Assembly (NCBI RefSeq): GCF_964204645.1
Contig: NC_134033.1
Coordinates: 9,990,655 to 10,054,654 of the forward strand
Length of the DNA: 64,000 nt
Source of the DNA: Tubulanus polymorphus
Taxonomy: Eukaryota > Animalia > Nemertea
Direction of reading: 5' to 3'
Position 1 is the first letter of the stretch, and each line of letters begins with the position of its first letter. Below are positions 1 to 13,200 of the stretch, piece by piece. The notes beneath the pieces are model-generated. The model did no database searches and was not told where the DNA came from. It saw only the letters and a list, made by a program, of their open reading frames with translations. A program made the position numbers and the translations under genes.

Positions 1-970
1 CGCTTTGTCTGTTGGGCTTGTAGGCCTACTGACTGCTTGACCATTGTCGTCAACTCAGTCACCTGAGTGTCAATTTGATTATTCTCTCCTATTTTTGTTG
101 CTCTTACTAACCTACGGGAGCCACGCTCTCTCTTCCTCCAACCTCTGGAACCCCTCTACGGCTAAACGGACTAACCCGTCGAGCGATTTACAATGACTCT
201 GATACAATTGCATGCGCAGCTCTCTATCGTCGATTGCGTCTATAAAATGAGTTCGGACCAAACGGGTCTAAATCAAGACTAGCCCTTACTGCAAAGAAAA
301 GAAGTTCTTGCCCCAGTTCTCTCAGGGTTTCCGTCCTCTTACGCCTCTTCCATCCTTTATGTTCTTAATTTCTACTAAGAAGAGTTCAGATTGATGGTTG
401 AAACCGAATCTCGAGTCGAGTATACTAACTCGCCATAATTAAGCCGACTTTGATGCAAGCTAATTGAAGGGCGGGGCCTCGAAGGTGTGCGAAAAGATAA
501 TCTGCCTTGGATCCGTCGTCCCAGCAGTTGATACGTGCTACTAAAAAACTTGAATATAATCTCGCCAAGAACCATTACCGTCAAAGGTCTCGGGCTTGAT
601 TCTACATGCCGGGTTACGATCTTGAGCGAACCGCTGACTCTCGAAACCACAATTTGATCCCGACGGAATTCAGTCAAGACGATCACTAGTTTCGACATTG
701 CGCTCAAAACGTTGTGCATAATGGGAACTCTGGTATTCGGAGCTAACATTACGAGGAAGCGTTATCGTCTCGAACACCTCTGAACCTTTCTCGAGTACCT
801 TAGTCGCGGTAACTACTTCTGTCCCGGTTGGGGAATCTCCTACGACTGTCGTCTCTCTGTCTTTGGGCTGACGATGGGTTAGATTCCCATCTCTTCGAGA
901 TTTCGATGCCTCGTTGCTAAGACTTCGGGGTTGTCTACGAGCTTTATTCAATGGAATGAGTACTCATCTT
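1..970 (-). mobile_element. Gypsy LTR retrotransposon A, decayed gag (runs off the window start)
   Basis: Minus-strand translation across frameshifts and stops gives gag motifs: RIKPETFDGNGSWRDYIQVF (~545-605) and LVRTHFIDAIDDRELRMQLYQSHCKSLDGLVRLAVE (~155-265). Confidence 0.7.
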
Positions 971-1032
971 TTCTTAGTCAATAAAATTCGAATAATAATC
1001 TTAATCGTCATATACAAATTCTGAACGAGCCT

Positions 1033-2140
1033 ATGTTCCACTCAGCGCCAAAATAATAAAGATAAAAAGTTTTTGCTAAAATTCTCGATGAGTTTCCTCT
1101 GGACAGGTCTATCAATTAATCGATCAAATCAAAGCAATTCCATCCCACCGCTGCAAAATAGGGGTTTGCTACTTGAGGTTGCCCTGAGACAATATAATCG
1201 GGTTACGCGAAAATATTGGGAGAAGAAATTCCTCTTCAGGGAAACGATATTCATTTTTAGTCTAAATTATAGTCAAATAAATGTTCAATCTTCTCATTCC
1301 ATGATCAGGACTCAGCGTCCTAGTAGGCGACTACCTGGTCAGGATTTCGCTCGGGTTCGAACCTAGTTCTCCCAACATCTACCGTTCTCTCCTTATGACA
1401 CCTTGTCATTACTATTCCTCGAATGATGGTCTCCATCTAACTACTACAGATACGTCCCTAGTCGAACTGGTCCTCTCATTAGACGAATAATAATTGTTGG
1501 CACTCTCCTCGTTCAGATAAGACGAAAATATAAGACTTGTATAAATAATCATATCAAGAGCTGATGAACTCCAGGATTGAATGTCTCTATCTCACGTAGA
1601 TTTAAAATTTACAATGTATCTAAGTTAGTCAGAGGTGCGTCTCGGATAGGTCTCGCATCTATCGATTGTCTACAGTCACGCGCTATGATCTCGTATGTCC
1701 ATTCGTAGGTACGATGAGACTGAGAAAATGTACTTAATGATAACGACGATCTCAAATCATCGCTGGACGTGATGAAAATAAATGTCGACATATATCTTTT
1801 TACATTTGAAGTGAAATCAACCGACCGAAAGTGAATAAAAACTTTAAAAGATTAATCTGATGGCCGATCCGCCCGGCAATAGAATCATATGAATACATTC
1901 AAAAGTCGGCTCCACTAAACTCGATCATAACCGTTAAACGCAGTGACGCGCTCGGTCGGTTGGTTTCAGTAGGATAGGACCGGAAAAATCGGCACAAGCA
2001 GTACATCAAACTCGCCCGAAAATCAAACTCGGCCGAAAATCAAACTTGGCCGGACGATCGTAATGTGAATAAAAAGATATTTCTTCGGGTTGGACAAGAT
2101 GATCATTACCAACCCGAATGCGGGATAAGGAGGGATCTCT
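1033..2140 (-). mobile_element. Putative PBS (TGGCGCTGAG, ~1040-1050) and 5' LTR region of Gypsy A
   Basis: TGG-starting PBS-like motif ~80 nt upstream of gag; non-coding 1.1 kb with short tandem repeats (aaatcaaactcggccga, ~2005-2055). No second LTR is in the window and no clean terminal CA, so boundaries are uncertain. Confidence 0.4.
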
Positions 2141-5100
2141 TATATAATATAATATATTTTATTTCCACTAAATATTACAATATATCATTATACATTATAA
2201 AAATGAAGTTAAATGAAATATTTTAAATTGAGCAGGGGAGACTTGAAGAAGGCATTTAAGACTTATGTCAAACGTACAAGTCCCCCAACACGCAAAGAAC
2301 CACACTCACACTCCCTCGCATACGCACGCACGCACGCGTAAAAAAGTGATAGATGACAGAGACCATAATGATGAAAAACGATAAATGTTCTAGACACTGA
2401 GTTATTGATTGATTAAATAATGTTTTAATTTGACCTTGAATGATTGGGTACTGGTAATATTTGTTAAATATTTAGGTAGATTATTCCAAACTGTAGGACA
2501 AGCCACTTTAACAGAGAATTTTACTTTATTGGTTTTAAATCTATCGATGCGAAATGAGTTATCATTTCGAGTAGCATAACTGTGGAAATTGGTGCCTTTT
2601 TGGAAATAGGAATTAAAAGAACTAGGTAACTCTGAGTTGATGTAATTATGCATGAATAAGGATAACTGAAACTTGGTAATAGCTTTGAATTTTAGAATTT
2701 TGAGTCTTTTAAAGATAGGCTCGGTATGTTCAAGATAGTGAGACTTGCTAAGAATTCTAATGGCACGCTTTTGCAATATGATCAACGGCTCAAGGATAGT
2801 ATCATAATTGCTAGCCCAAATGAGATTACAATATTGAAGGTATGGATAAACAAAGCTATAGTATAGTGTGGACAATAATTTTGAGGGAAATATCTTTTTC
2901 AATCGACATGTTTTGTATGTACATCCCACTTTAATTTATCGTCTATTTGAAGTCCTAAAAAGTAGTACTATGAACTTGATGACGGGATACGTTGTTTAAT
3001 TTTATAGACAGATTTAGAGGAATGGCACTGTCAAAAACCCTGTAATGACTTTTTTTCAAATTGAGAGAGAGCTTATTGATTTGAAACCATTTAGATAGCT
3101 TGTAAAGTTCTTGATTGACTTTGAAAAATAGTCTATTTACGTTGGTATCACTTAAAAACAGTTCGTATCATCGCAAAAAGTGTAAAATGTAATAAGTTCG
3201 AAGCATTAACACAGTCATTAATGTATAAAATAAAAAAGAAGGGGTCCTAAAATCGAACCCTAGGAACGCCTACAGAGATATTCAATGGATTAGAAAGGGT
3301 GTTGTTTATACTTACAATCTGACGCCGATTAGTCAAATAATTTTTAAACCAGCTCAGGGCTATGCCTCGGACACCGTTGTGATATAATGTACCGATATTA
3401 ATATAAGAATATTATGATTGACAGTGTCAAAAGCTTTTGACAAATCTAAGAATAGACCAAGGGTTATCTTTTTATTTTCGAGATTATTTGATAAATCATC
3501 AATAACCTTCGTTAGAGCCAAAGCAGTAGAAATGTTTAGACCGAAAACCAAATTGGTTGGGCACTATAATTTCATGTTTGTCACAAAAGGATATCAACCT
3601 GGAATAAACAATCTTTTCCAAAATTTTTGAAAAACCTGGAAGGACCGAAATAGGGCGATAATTATTAAAAGAGGACTCTTCCCCGTTTTTGAATAAAGGG
3701 CACACTTTAGCTATTTTCAGGTCAGATGAAACGATGCCGGTTTGTAAATTACAGTTGAATATATGGGACAATGGGAGATTAACAATGTCAATGACCCGTT
3801 ACCCAAGGTTGGTGCTAACGCCATCAAGACCCGTGCTCACTTTGGAGCGAAAACCCAATACAATATCACTAATTTCCGTAGGTGAAGTAGGAAAAAATAA
3901 AAAATTATCGTTTACATGATTCGTTAAATACAGATGATAATCCTCACTAGTGCCAGGAATTTGACTTGCTAGACTGTCACCAATACTAATAAAATATTCA
4001 TTGAACTTATCTGCTATGTTTTTGCTACCAATAATGGTTTGGTTGTTAGAAATAAAAAGGTAATTCTGAGGACGAATTCCTCCCTAATACATTGTTAACT
4101 AATTTCCACGTATCTTTCATACTATTACCAGCAGCGCGTAATTTTTCAGAATAATATGATGTTTCGGCACTTCTTATAACTTTAGACAGAGCATTTTTAT
4201 AAGATCTATATCTAGCATGAACTAGCTCAGAATTAGAGCGCAAAGACTTTTTATACGAAAGATTTTTTTTGTTGATCGATCGAATTATACCGGGTGATAT
4301 CCATGGTTTATTGAACTCCGGAATCTTCGAATTGATGTCCATAAAAGGAAAAGAACTTTCATAAGCGACATTAAAATTGTCCATGAAGAAATGGTAAGAT
4401 TCATCAGGATCATCATGGCTATAAATTGCTGCCCAGTCAAAACTCAATAAATACCTACGAAACTTTAAAATATTGCGCTCACAAAAATTACGTCTCCTGA
4501 AGGGTTGCTTATTCGAAACGTGAACATCGGCATGGCACACAGTATATACTGGAAAATGGTCAGATAGATCAGTACATACAATACCCGATTTATGAACAGG
4601 GATTAAGTTATTTGAAAATATATTATCAATCAATGAAGAAGAGTTTTTTGTAACTCTCGTGGGCTTATCGATCAATGGAGAAAAAGAATTAGAAAGTAAC
4701 GAATTAAAGAATATTTCTGTTTGGTTATGATCACTACATTTTAAAAGGTCGATGTTGAAATCGCCAATTAGATAACAAAGTTTCTTTTCTCCGCTAATGT
4801 TATCTAACAAAATATCAAACTCATTTTGAAAAGTTATTAACTTTTCACCTGGCGGGCGGTGAATAATACGAACGACTACATTTGGTTTTTTCCCAGATCA
4901 AGTTCTATAAATAAAGATCCAAAAGTTACAAAATCGGGCGATAAATCAGACCGGGGTTTAAAATTAAACTCGTTCTTGATAAAAAGAGACACACCACCAC
5001 CTTGTCCAATTATACGAGATTTAAATATACTATTATAACCGATAAAACGATACAAGGCAGAGTTATCGTGCATATCATTGGTCCATATCTCAGTTAACCC

Positions 5101-6750
5101 AATGATTGAAAAAACTACCACTGACACATGTCAAAAAATCACTAAAAGCGTCGAAATTTTTTTGAACACTTTGAACATTATGCGAGATTATTGAGAGTTT
5201 CCCGTGGTACACGAGAAAATCATCTTTTACGTATAAACAATTGTTTATACTGGGTATATCAATAACGTTCTCCATGTCATGTACAGCGATTAACACACGT
5301 TAGATTACATAAGTGAAAATAGACAATATTCATTTAAATTTGAAGAAATATTAAATCGACACACTCCTCACAATGTGAGGAAAAATAAAAAACTCCCTGG
5401 CGATCGGGAGAAATATTTAAGTCACTCATATTACTTAACATTTGGCTTTTTTGAAGCTTGCTCGGCTGATGGTGGCGTTGCTGTGAAAGATCTTACTTTG
5501 CGTTTATTGCTAGCACCTGGAGTTTTGAAAACTTCGGAATCAATGGAGCTGTCGATCGCGTCGCAGAAATTTTTGATCAGCAGTAGCTTTCCGGCGGGAT
5601 AAAGATGAAGTCCGCTACTGTCTGTAAGCGAATAGAATTGATCCTGGGTCTTGCCTAAAGCTGTTTTGAACGCAGAGTCGCTGTTAATGAAATTGATATT
5701 TTGTTTTGAACACAGATTTTCCATGTAGCTATTAATGTCATTTGCAGCCGTATTAAATTCCTTGCCATTTTTGGAGCCACCTTTAAGGGGAATTATGCTG
5801 GACAAATAAACGCGCGCATTGCTCTGTTGCCTTAGCTAACGCTAAAGACATGTTAACTTTGATTGTGTTTGTGTCATTCTTGTTTTTGTTTACATCGTTA
5901 GTACCCAGGTGTAAAATTACGCCACTAACGGATGACGTATCGGGAACCATTGTATCGGCTTTACCGAGGAGTGACGATATCTTTCCGCTGGTTGCACCTG
6001 GTTGACACATAACAACGCCTGTAGGAATTTCGCTGTCCCGTAAATTAGAATCACCGAATACCAGGACTTTATCAATAGGATCAGCTAGTTCATCGGAATC
6101 ACGGTTCACACTAGTATCAACCGCTTCGCTGGCCGCCGAGTCGTTCTGTTGGTTGACTGGGCAATCGCGCGCTTTATGATTTGAGGCGCCACATTTAAAG
6201 CACTTAGAACGTGACGGGCAATCAGCTGATCGGTGATCATCTGAAAGGCAAACCTGACAGCCTATACCTTCACAATATATCCTCACATTGAATCCAGCAA
6301 TATTTGTATAGACTGGAATCACTTAAGTAACTTTTTTCAACTTTTCGTATCTAGTCCCTGTAAATATTTCCGTGTTCTTTAACACACCTTTTTTGATAGA
6401 TCCCTCCACATATTCTCCAAAATTGCTGATAAAAGTCGCAATTCGCTGATCAGACATCTCTATCGGTGCATCGACGATTTTTACATTTATATAGTTCACA
6501 TCCACATCTACCGGAGTTATTTTTATCCCACCGAATTCTTAACCAGAATGATTAATAACGTTTTTGCTCACTTCGTCCAATGTAGTCACAATGCAAAATT
6601 TGGTCGTTATTTGAATGGACAGTATTTTACTCACATCAATAGTTTCGCGGACAGCGTCCATAACATCTTGATGGGACACTCGTCCGTTAACACTCGTCCG
6701 CATGACTACAATACGTGGAAATGATTGATTGAACGGAGAGTCAACGATTA
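2141..6750 (-). mobile_element. CR1/L2-group (Crack/Daphne-like) LINE, near full length, frameshifted
   Basis: ORF2 pieces: APE endonuclease (HNVQS, GLTEIW, GDFNIDL, SDHFP), RT (YRPISVLP, LDLSKAFDTVNH), C-terminus TLYYSFVYPYLQYC. 3' UTR stem (ggggagacttg...caagtccccc, 2235-2287), then AATAAA and a (TTATA)-type tail at ~2141-2165. Confidence 0.9.
5431..6750 (-). pseudogene. LINE ORF1 remnant: RRM-like region + two CCHC zinc knuckles + SGNH/GDSL esterase
   Basis: CQVCLSDDHRSADC and CFKCGASNHKARDC knuckles; esterase blocks VFGDSNLR, LHLGTNDV, SGLHL; N-terminal part resembles L1/Tx1 ORF1 (VKIVDAPIEMSD...FTGTR). Broken by stops and frameshifts. Confidence 0.8.
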
Positions 6751-9700
6751 TGAAGTTTTCCCTTGTTTCTTCGGGATGAAGCGCGGTCATGATATCAAGG
6801 ACTTTCTGCGAGGGATAGATCTACATTGGATAATCTGAGAATAGCATTCGATAAGAGATATGATAATGCCGAAAAGAAATGGCTACGAAGAACTAAGATA
6901 TGTGAAAATGGTGTCAGGTCGATCAGTCGATAATTTTGCTGATGAGTTACGACGAAGAGCTTCAGAACTGGAACCACCACCTCATGTAACTTTAAGTGTA
7001 TTTTTGGATGGGTTACCTATGAAGTTAAAGAAAATTGTATGGACTGAAATACCGGAAAATTTCGAAAAAAGCGGTATCATAAGCGGGTCATGCAGTTCAG
7101 ATGCGAAAAATGGATAGCGCGGTGGATGAAGACGAACACATGCTAAACGCCTTGCACTCGTCGGCAGGAGGTGAACTTGAAAAATTGCTTGCGTGCAAGA
7201 GTCAGCGTGATAGAACAACAAGTGGCTTGACGTGATCAACAGCAACATCGGCAGTGGGAGCAGCGACAAGGTTATTCGCGCGCGAGGCAAAACTTTAGTA
7301 CAAGACAAAGGAATTTTTGGGGACAATCCCCAAATATTTTCGTGATGAATGTTTTAACTTTGGGAAAATTGGACATTATGCTCGAAATTGTCGTATACAG
7401 CGAGAAGCAGGGGGACGTGTTATTTGTGTGGACAGAAAGGACATATTAAGAGATTTTGCAGACAGTTACAGTTAACAAAGGGCCTTAAATATGCCACCAG
7501 CAAGGATAGGATTGGGCGGCTATCTAGAGCTACAAGGACGAGTAAATCCCACGACTCTGGTGATATAAAGGTAAAGCTAAGCAATAATGCACTCAAAAAA
7601 TGCTCAGAAATGAGAAAATGGCAGGCTAAATTGAAATATAATAAGCAGATAACGGTTTTGACAACTGAGCATCATTTAGGTTTACCATGTTAAATACGGG
7701 TACAGGTCGTGATAGATCTTCGTCGGCATCAGATTCCACATATTTTTGATACATTAACTATGTGTGGCAAATCGCAACCAAAGATATTCTCATCTCTCGA
7801 TCTCATGAGTGGATATTTTCAGATACCAATATCGGAAAGGTCTCGTCATAAAACTGGCTTTGTTACGCCGACGGGTCATTATCAGTTTACAAGATCGCCA
7901 ATGGGAATCGTTTCGGCACCAAGTATCTGACAGTCAATCATGGCTCGGTTATGACATACGGTGGGAGACCCTTTTTTGGTTTATTTAGACGACATTTAAG
8001 TTTTCTCAGCAGATAGGGATGATCATATTACGCTTTTACGTAATCTTTTTAGGAGAGCAGGCTTAACATTAAAACCTAGTAAGTGTTTCTTTGTGAGGCC
8101 AAACTGTAAATTTCTTGGGTTTGTTTTAGTTAAGGAAGGAATTAAAACAGATCCAAAAGTAATTGAATATTGTCCAATACCCGAAAATCAAACGCAATTG
8201 AGGTCTTTTCTAGGGGGGGCTAATTTCTATAGAAAATTTGTTCCAAATTTTTCTGCACGGGCCAGGGCTTTTAGAGCTTTAACAAAAAGGTGTACCCTTT
8301 TATTGGACTAAAGAATGTCAGGAGGCTTTTGATGATATTAAGGAGGCCTTAGTAACAGCTCCGGTATTGGCGTTTCCTTCGTTAAAGGATGAATTTATAG
8401 TGCATGGCGATGCTTCTAATTATGCTGTCGGGTATTGTTTGTTGCAAACAGGTGCTGATGGGAAAGAACATGTAATAGCATACGGGGTCGATCATTAACA
8501 AAACAGGTACAAGCTTATTCAGCTAGTGAACGAGAATGTTTGGCTTTTATTTCAGCAATTAACAATTTTAAAGTATATCTATATGGAAAGCCATTTTCGG
8601 TGGTAACAGATCATAAGGCTCTTCTTTGGTTGAGAAAAATGGAAGTTGATGGGTTGCCCACGGGACGATTACAGCGATGGAGTATCTTACTACAGGGGTA
8701 TCAATTTTCTGTAAAATATAGGCCTGGAAAACATTATTTAGATGCCGACTTCTCATCGCGAATTCACTATCCGCAGATAGAGTCGTTGCAAGAAAATAAT
8801 GACAAGTTAGAAATACCTGACGGGTTGGATTTGGCCGCTGAACAACGAAGCGATGCGACGCTGAAAAGTATCATAAACTATCTGAGTCAAGCGCAGGCCG
8901 AAAAATATTATTGGTAAAAGATAGATATTTTTGGATAATAGTAAAATACTTTATCTCCTCTCATACCTAAATAGGCAAAAAACGGTTGATGTAACATCAT
9001 GTAACATCATGTCATGTTTTGTGCAGGAAACCCATAATGTTTTTGGTGGACACTCAGGCATTAAAACCACATACATGCGTGATATTTCTGGGAAGGAATG
9101 TGTTTAGATACTAGAGAATTTTGTCGGTCTTGTAATATTTGTCAACGAAAGGGTGCAATAACTAAGGAGGTTACAAAAGCACCACTGCAGCCAATCCAAA
9201 CGGAACAAACATTTGATTAATTTGCTATGGATATGGTGGGTCCCTTTCCGATGAGTGAAAACGGTTATAAATATATTCTCACCTGTATTGAAAGATTGTC
9301 CTTATATATTGAAGCTTTTCCATTAAAAACGGCCACAGCAGAAGAGGTCGCAGAAAAGCTAGTTCATGGAATAATATTATGCTATGGCATGTTTTCAACA
9401 ATTCTGACTGATAACGGTACAAACTTTATGTCTTAAGTTTCGCCACGAAACGAATATGGTCACATGTCGCATATTTTCGACTAAAGAAAATGGAAATAAT
9501 ACATTCTACTTTTAAAACAAATAGGGAAGAAAGTAAGCGTAAAATGAAAGAACAGTAAGACAAAACCGGACAGACTATAAATTTCAATGTGGGGGATGAG
9601 GTAATTCTTATATTATCCTCATGTGGCAGTTGGGTCATGTCGAAAAACAAATACTTTCCAGTTAGGTCCATATCAAATAATCGAAAAAATTGGGGACGTC

Positions 9701-9869
9701 AATCATCGACTGAGAACGGAAGACAATAGAAAAATACATACGTTGGTGCATATCAACCGACTACGGCCAGTGTATGCTTCTAAAAAGCCGCCGACATTTT
9801 GACTTTCCAGCGGAAATTGAAAAATTGGATGATTTGGAAGGCAAACTAACGTCAAACGAAATTCCGCAA

Positions 9870-10055
9870 TCTCAGTTACAACCCCAAGTTAAGGTGGGAA
9901 AGAAAGGGAAAATGTATCATAACGTCGCTTGGAAGGGATATTCTGTCCGTACATGGGTGCCTTCTGAGAACTTTTTGGATAACGAGCTGTTAAAACAGTA
10001 TCACCAGAATTTGAAGAAAAAGGGTCGAAAACGACGTAGGGGGAAATGGTTCTAA
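9870..10055 (+). pseudogene. Chromodomain-like C-terminus of Gypsy B integrase with a basic NLS-like tail
   Basis: KGKMYHNVAWKGYSVRTWVPSENFLDNELLKQYH follows the Y-x-V-x-W-K-G-Y...TWxPxxN chromodomain pattern; ends KKKGRKRRRGKWF. Confidence 0.7.
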
Positions 10056-10212
10056 CCTGAAACTATGATATCTGAAACCTTACAATCGCAGCCAGTAGTA
10101 TAAGATAACACACCAGTAGTCCAGTAGTAAGTAATTAAGTCTAGAAAGGTCAAAATACTGATGTTATCATTGGTTATTGTAGGTAGTTGCGTCGAGAAAA
10201 GCGGTATGTCTT

Positions 10213-13200
10213 ATGAGAATGATGTATTTGTTGGTTGTTTTAGCGCGTTTATATAGTACGTACCCGGGGGGGGGGGGGGGGCATCAGCGTACTGGATCCG
10301 ATTTTACGCGCTGTGCGGGTGTGCTATCCACACCGGTGGATGAGATAAACGTGGCTATGTCAAATTGGGAGCATAGCGTCGTAATTTCGATGGTTAATTT
10401 GTCAATGGTGGTTTTGAAAATTCCAAATAATCTTGCCAAAGAACCGACTTGGTATTTCACAGGCTGGATGGCATACTGGAGTTCATGCGGTTTCGTGGAA
10501 ATCAGGCTGAACAGCGTATAAAGGAACTTTACAGAATATTACAAGACCTATTGCCTGAAGAGATTCCTATGCAGAAACTCGGTGGACGGAGAAGAGCGCC
10601 CTTTTCATTTATTGGAGATATTAGCAATATTTTGTTTGGAACAGTAATCTCAGGACGAATGAAAATAGTACAACAAAACACGTACGCGGTACGCCAAGAT
10701 CAAGATCGAGAAGCTATAACTACTTTACAGGATAGATTGTACAGTTTCGCAAATAATACGCATGGTCGCTTAAACTTGGCTATGAAATTAATTGGGAAGA
10801 GTCAAACTAATTTGAAGTTTTGGATATACGATTATGATAGACGGCTAATGGTTATTAGGAATGAAACTACCCTAACAAGAAACAGTCTTTATCTGTTGGC
10901 AACTATCCTTAAGTATACGTACAACAGTACATAGGGGAACTTTAGGGGCTCTCGAAATACCTACTTGGCTTCGAGGTATCAATGTTTTATTATCAAATAA
11001 GCTCCCGGTAGAATTAGTCCCAGTTACGCGTCTTAAACAAATATTGAAAAATATATCTATCGAATTAGAAAGGGATTATACAGGATTCCAGTTGGCACAG
11101 CCAGGACCCGCATATTATTATTCCCACTCGGAAACTTTTTGTCTAAGAACTATAAGGATAATTTGGTTATTCATTTTAAAACTTCCAATCCAGTCACAGA
11201 ATACTCAGTGTTAAATGTTGAACTACTGGTCAATGCAACGACACAAATGTATACTAAGATCATTAACTTACCCAAATTTTTTGGCGTGTCTCCTGATTTA
11301 GAAGCGTACACGAAAATAGATGAGAAAATGTACAGTAATTGTGAAGGTCAAAACATTCGGGCGTGCACTACCTATTTGATAGATCCCAGAAATCGTGTAT
11401 TTCGGCTTTATTTTATGATCACCCTGACGATATAGTTAAGTTTTGTGATGTGGCTTATTCAACGAAAGCGATGAATAGTGGAATCGTGCTGCTAGGAAAT
11501 AACGTATTTTTGGTACAATTTACTGATAGTGGTTGGGTTGTACAGTGTGGACGTGAGAAACCTATAAAAGTTCCTAACTGTTCGTTTTATCTTATTCAAA
11601 TGCGGTATTATTGTGGTCGTATGACGGATCACATTACCGACAATCCTGTACTCGTGGGTTGTACTTATGCCCAGCCTTAGGTAACACGACTGTGTCCACT
11701 TAATATATGAGCAGTAATGTTATTGGGGAGGAATTCAGATAAAGTAAGGGCCGAATTAGCAGGACAAGTATACTCTGAAATTCCACAGGTTCAATTGCCT
11801 AGTTTGGATCTAGATGATCAGGATTGGGATGTGGTAGTGGCAAAAGATCGTAAATACCAAGCCGACTAAAAAAACTGGCATAGGCGGTGACTGAAGACAA
11901 ACAGCGTTACAGTACTAGGGCTGATCTCGTTCAAGGTTATTTTCTAGGAGGGGCATATCAGTATATGAAACAAGAAAATTAACTTTAATAAATTATTTGA
12001 CGCCTGCGAAAAAATGTAGAATTTCTGGGAGAAGCTAATGTGGAATTGCAAATTTGAAATCGAAGTTTTAAGAAATTTGGGGAATTATGAGATTTGGCGA
12101 TTGGGTAGATGATACAGTCTTCAACTGGTCTAATTTAAAAAAAATTGTCAACTTGTGACCGACTTCGATTCACTTTTGCCTCTAAGCTGGTCTGCAACTT
12201 CATTGCCTCCATGGTTGAAGAAAGAGTTCTTTGGATGTTTGCTTCATCATGACGTTGAGCATATCGTGTAGCCAGCCGGCCCGGTCCTGGGGCCCGGTTC
12301 GGCTGTCACTCGATATCCTAGACTTGAGTCTGGGTTGAAGTAGACATTGTCATTTAAAGAACTTATTCATGTTATTCTGTATGAATTAACCGTGTGTCTT
12401 GTATTTTGTATTTTCTTATTTTAAGATTTGTAAGTTTTTTAAATTTTATCCCGGAATTTCAATGTAAAAAGGATCAATAAAGTATTGAATTGAATTGTCA
12501 CCTTATACACATGCCATCAATGGACGCGGAGCCGTATATGACAGCTATGCTATTATAAATTGCTAATCTCATGAAACTTGCATACCCCTTGTATCGAACA
12601 TATTTTCTAAAACATTTGAATATTGAAATTATATGTTAACACGTTTTTATATAGACCGCTTGTAGCCGCCGATGAAATTCACGCCGGCCCTACTCAGATC
12701 GTAGATAGCTTCGTCATTCCACTAGCATCCCCATGTCAGGGTCTGACTTTTATATCAGACTTCCAAATCGTGTATACATCCGCCATTTAACCGAATAATC
12801 CGATTTACTTATCATTTCTATTTATGCCTGCCGCTCCTGATATAATCATACATCCTTTACTATTACAATACGTCTTCTCATGATATTCAATGCAATATAA
12901 CATTTCGACGTTCAAATAGACGTCATTATATAATCACAGGGAGCCATTCTACATCTTTATCAATAATATTTTGCCAAATAGCTTGTATGTGTACACATAA
13001 ACCTGTGACGTTTTGCACATCGATTTACGGTTATCGTTTGTAAAATGACGCTGAATGGTTAACATTGTTTAGGTTTCATAATGGTAACGTTTTATAAGGC
13101 GTCAAAAAAGGGAGTAACGTAGTTTATCCGTTAGTGGGATTATCGGTTATAATATTAGGAATATTGCAATATCGCCACGGGTAAATTGCTGTTATGATGT

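Noticed and set aside
1556-1590. ctgatga motif resembling a hammerhead core
   Set aside because: No GAAA at the right spacing and no convincing helix II.
6539-6790. ORF starting MTALHPEE as the LINE ORF1 start
   Set aside because: Its first ~12 codons are the antisense of Gypsy B gag (FPLFLRDEARS), so the ORF is a chimeric junction.
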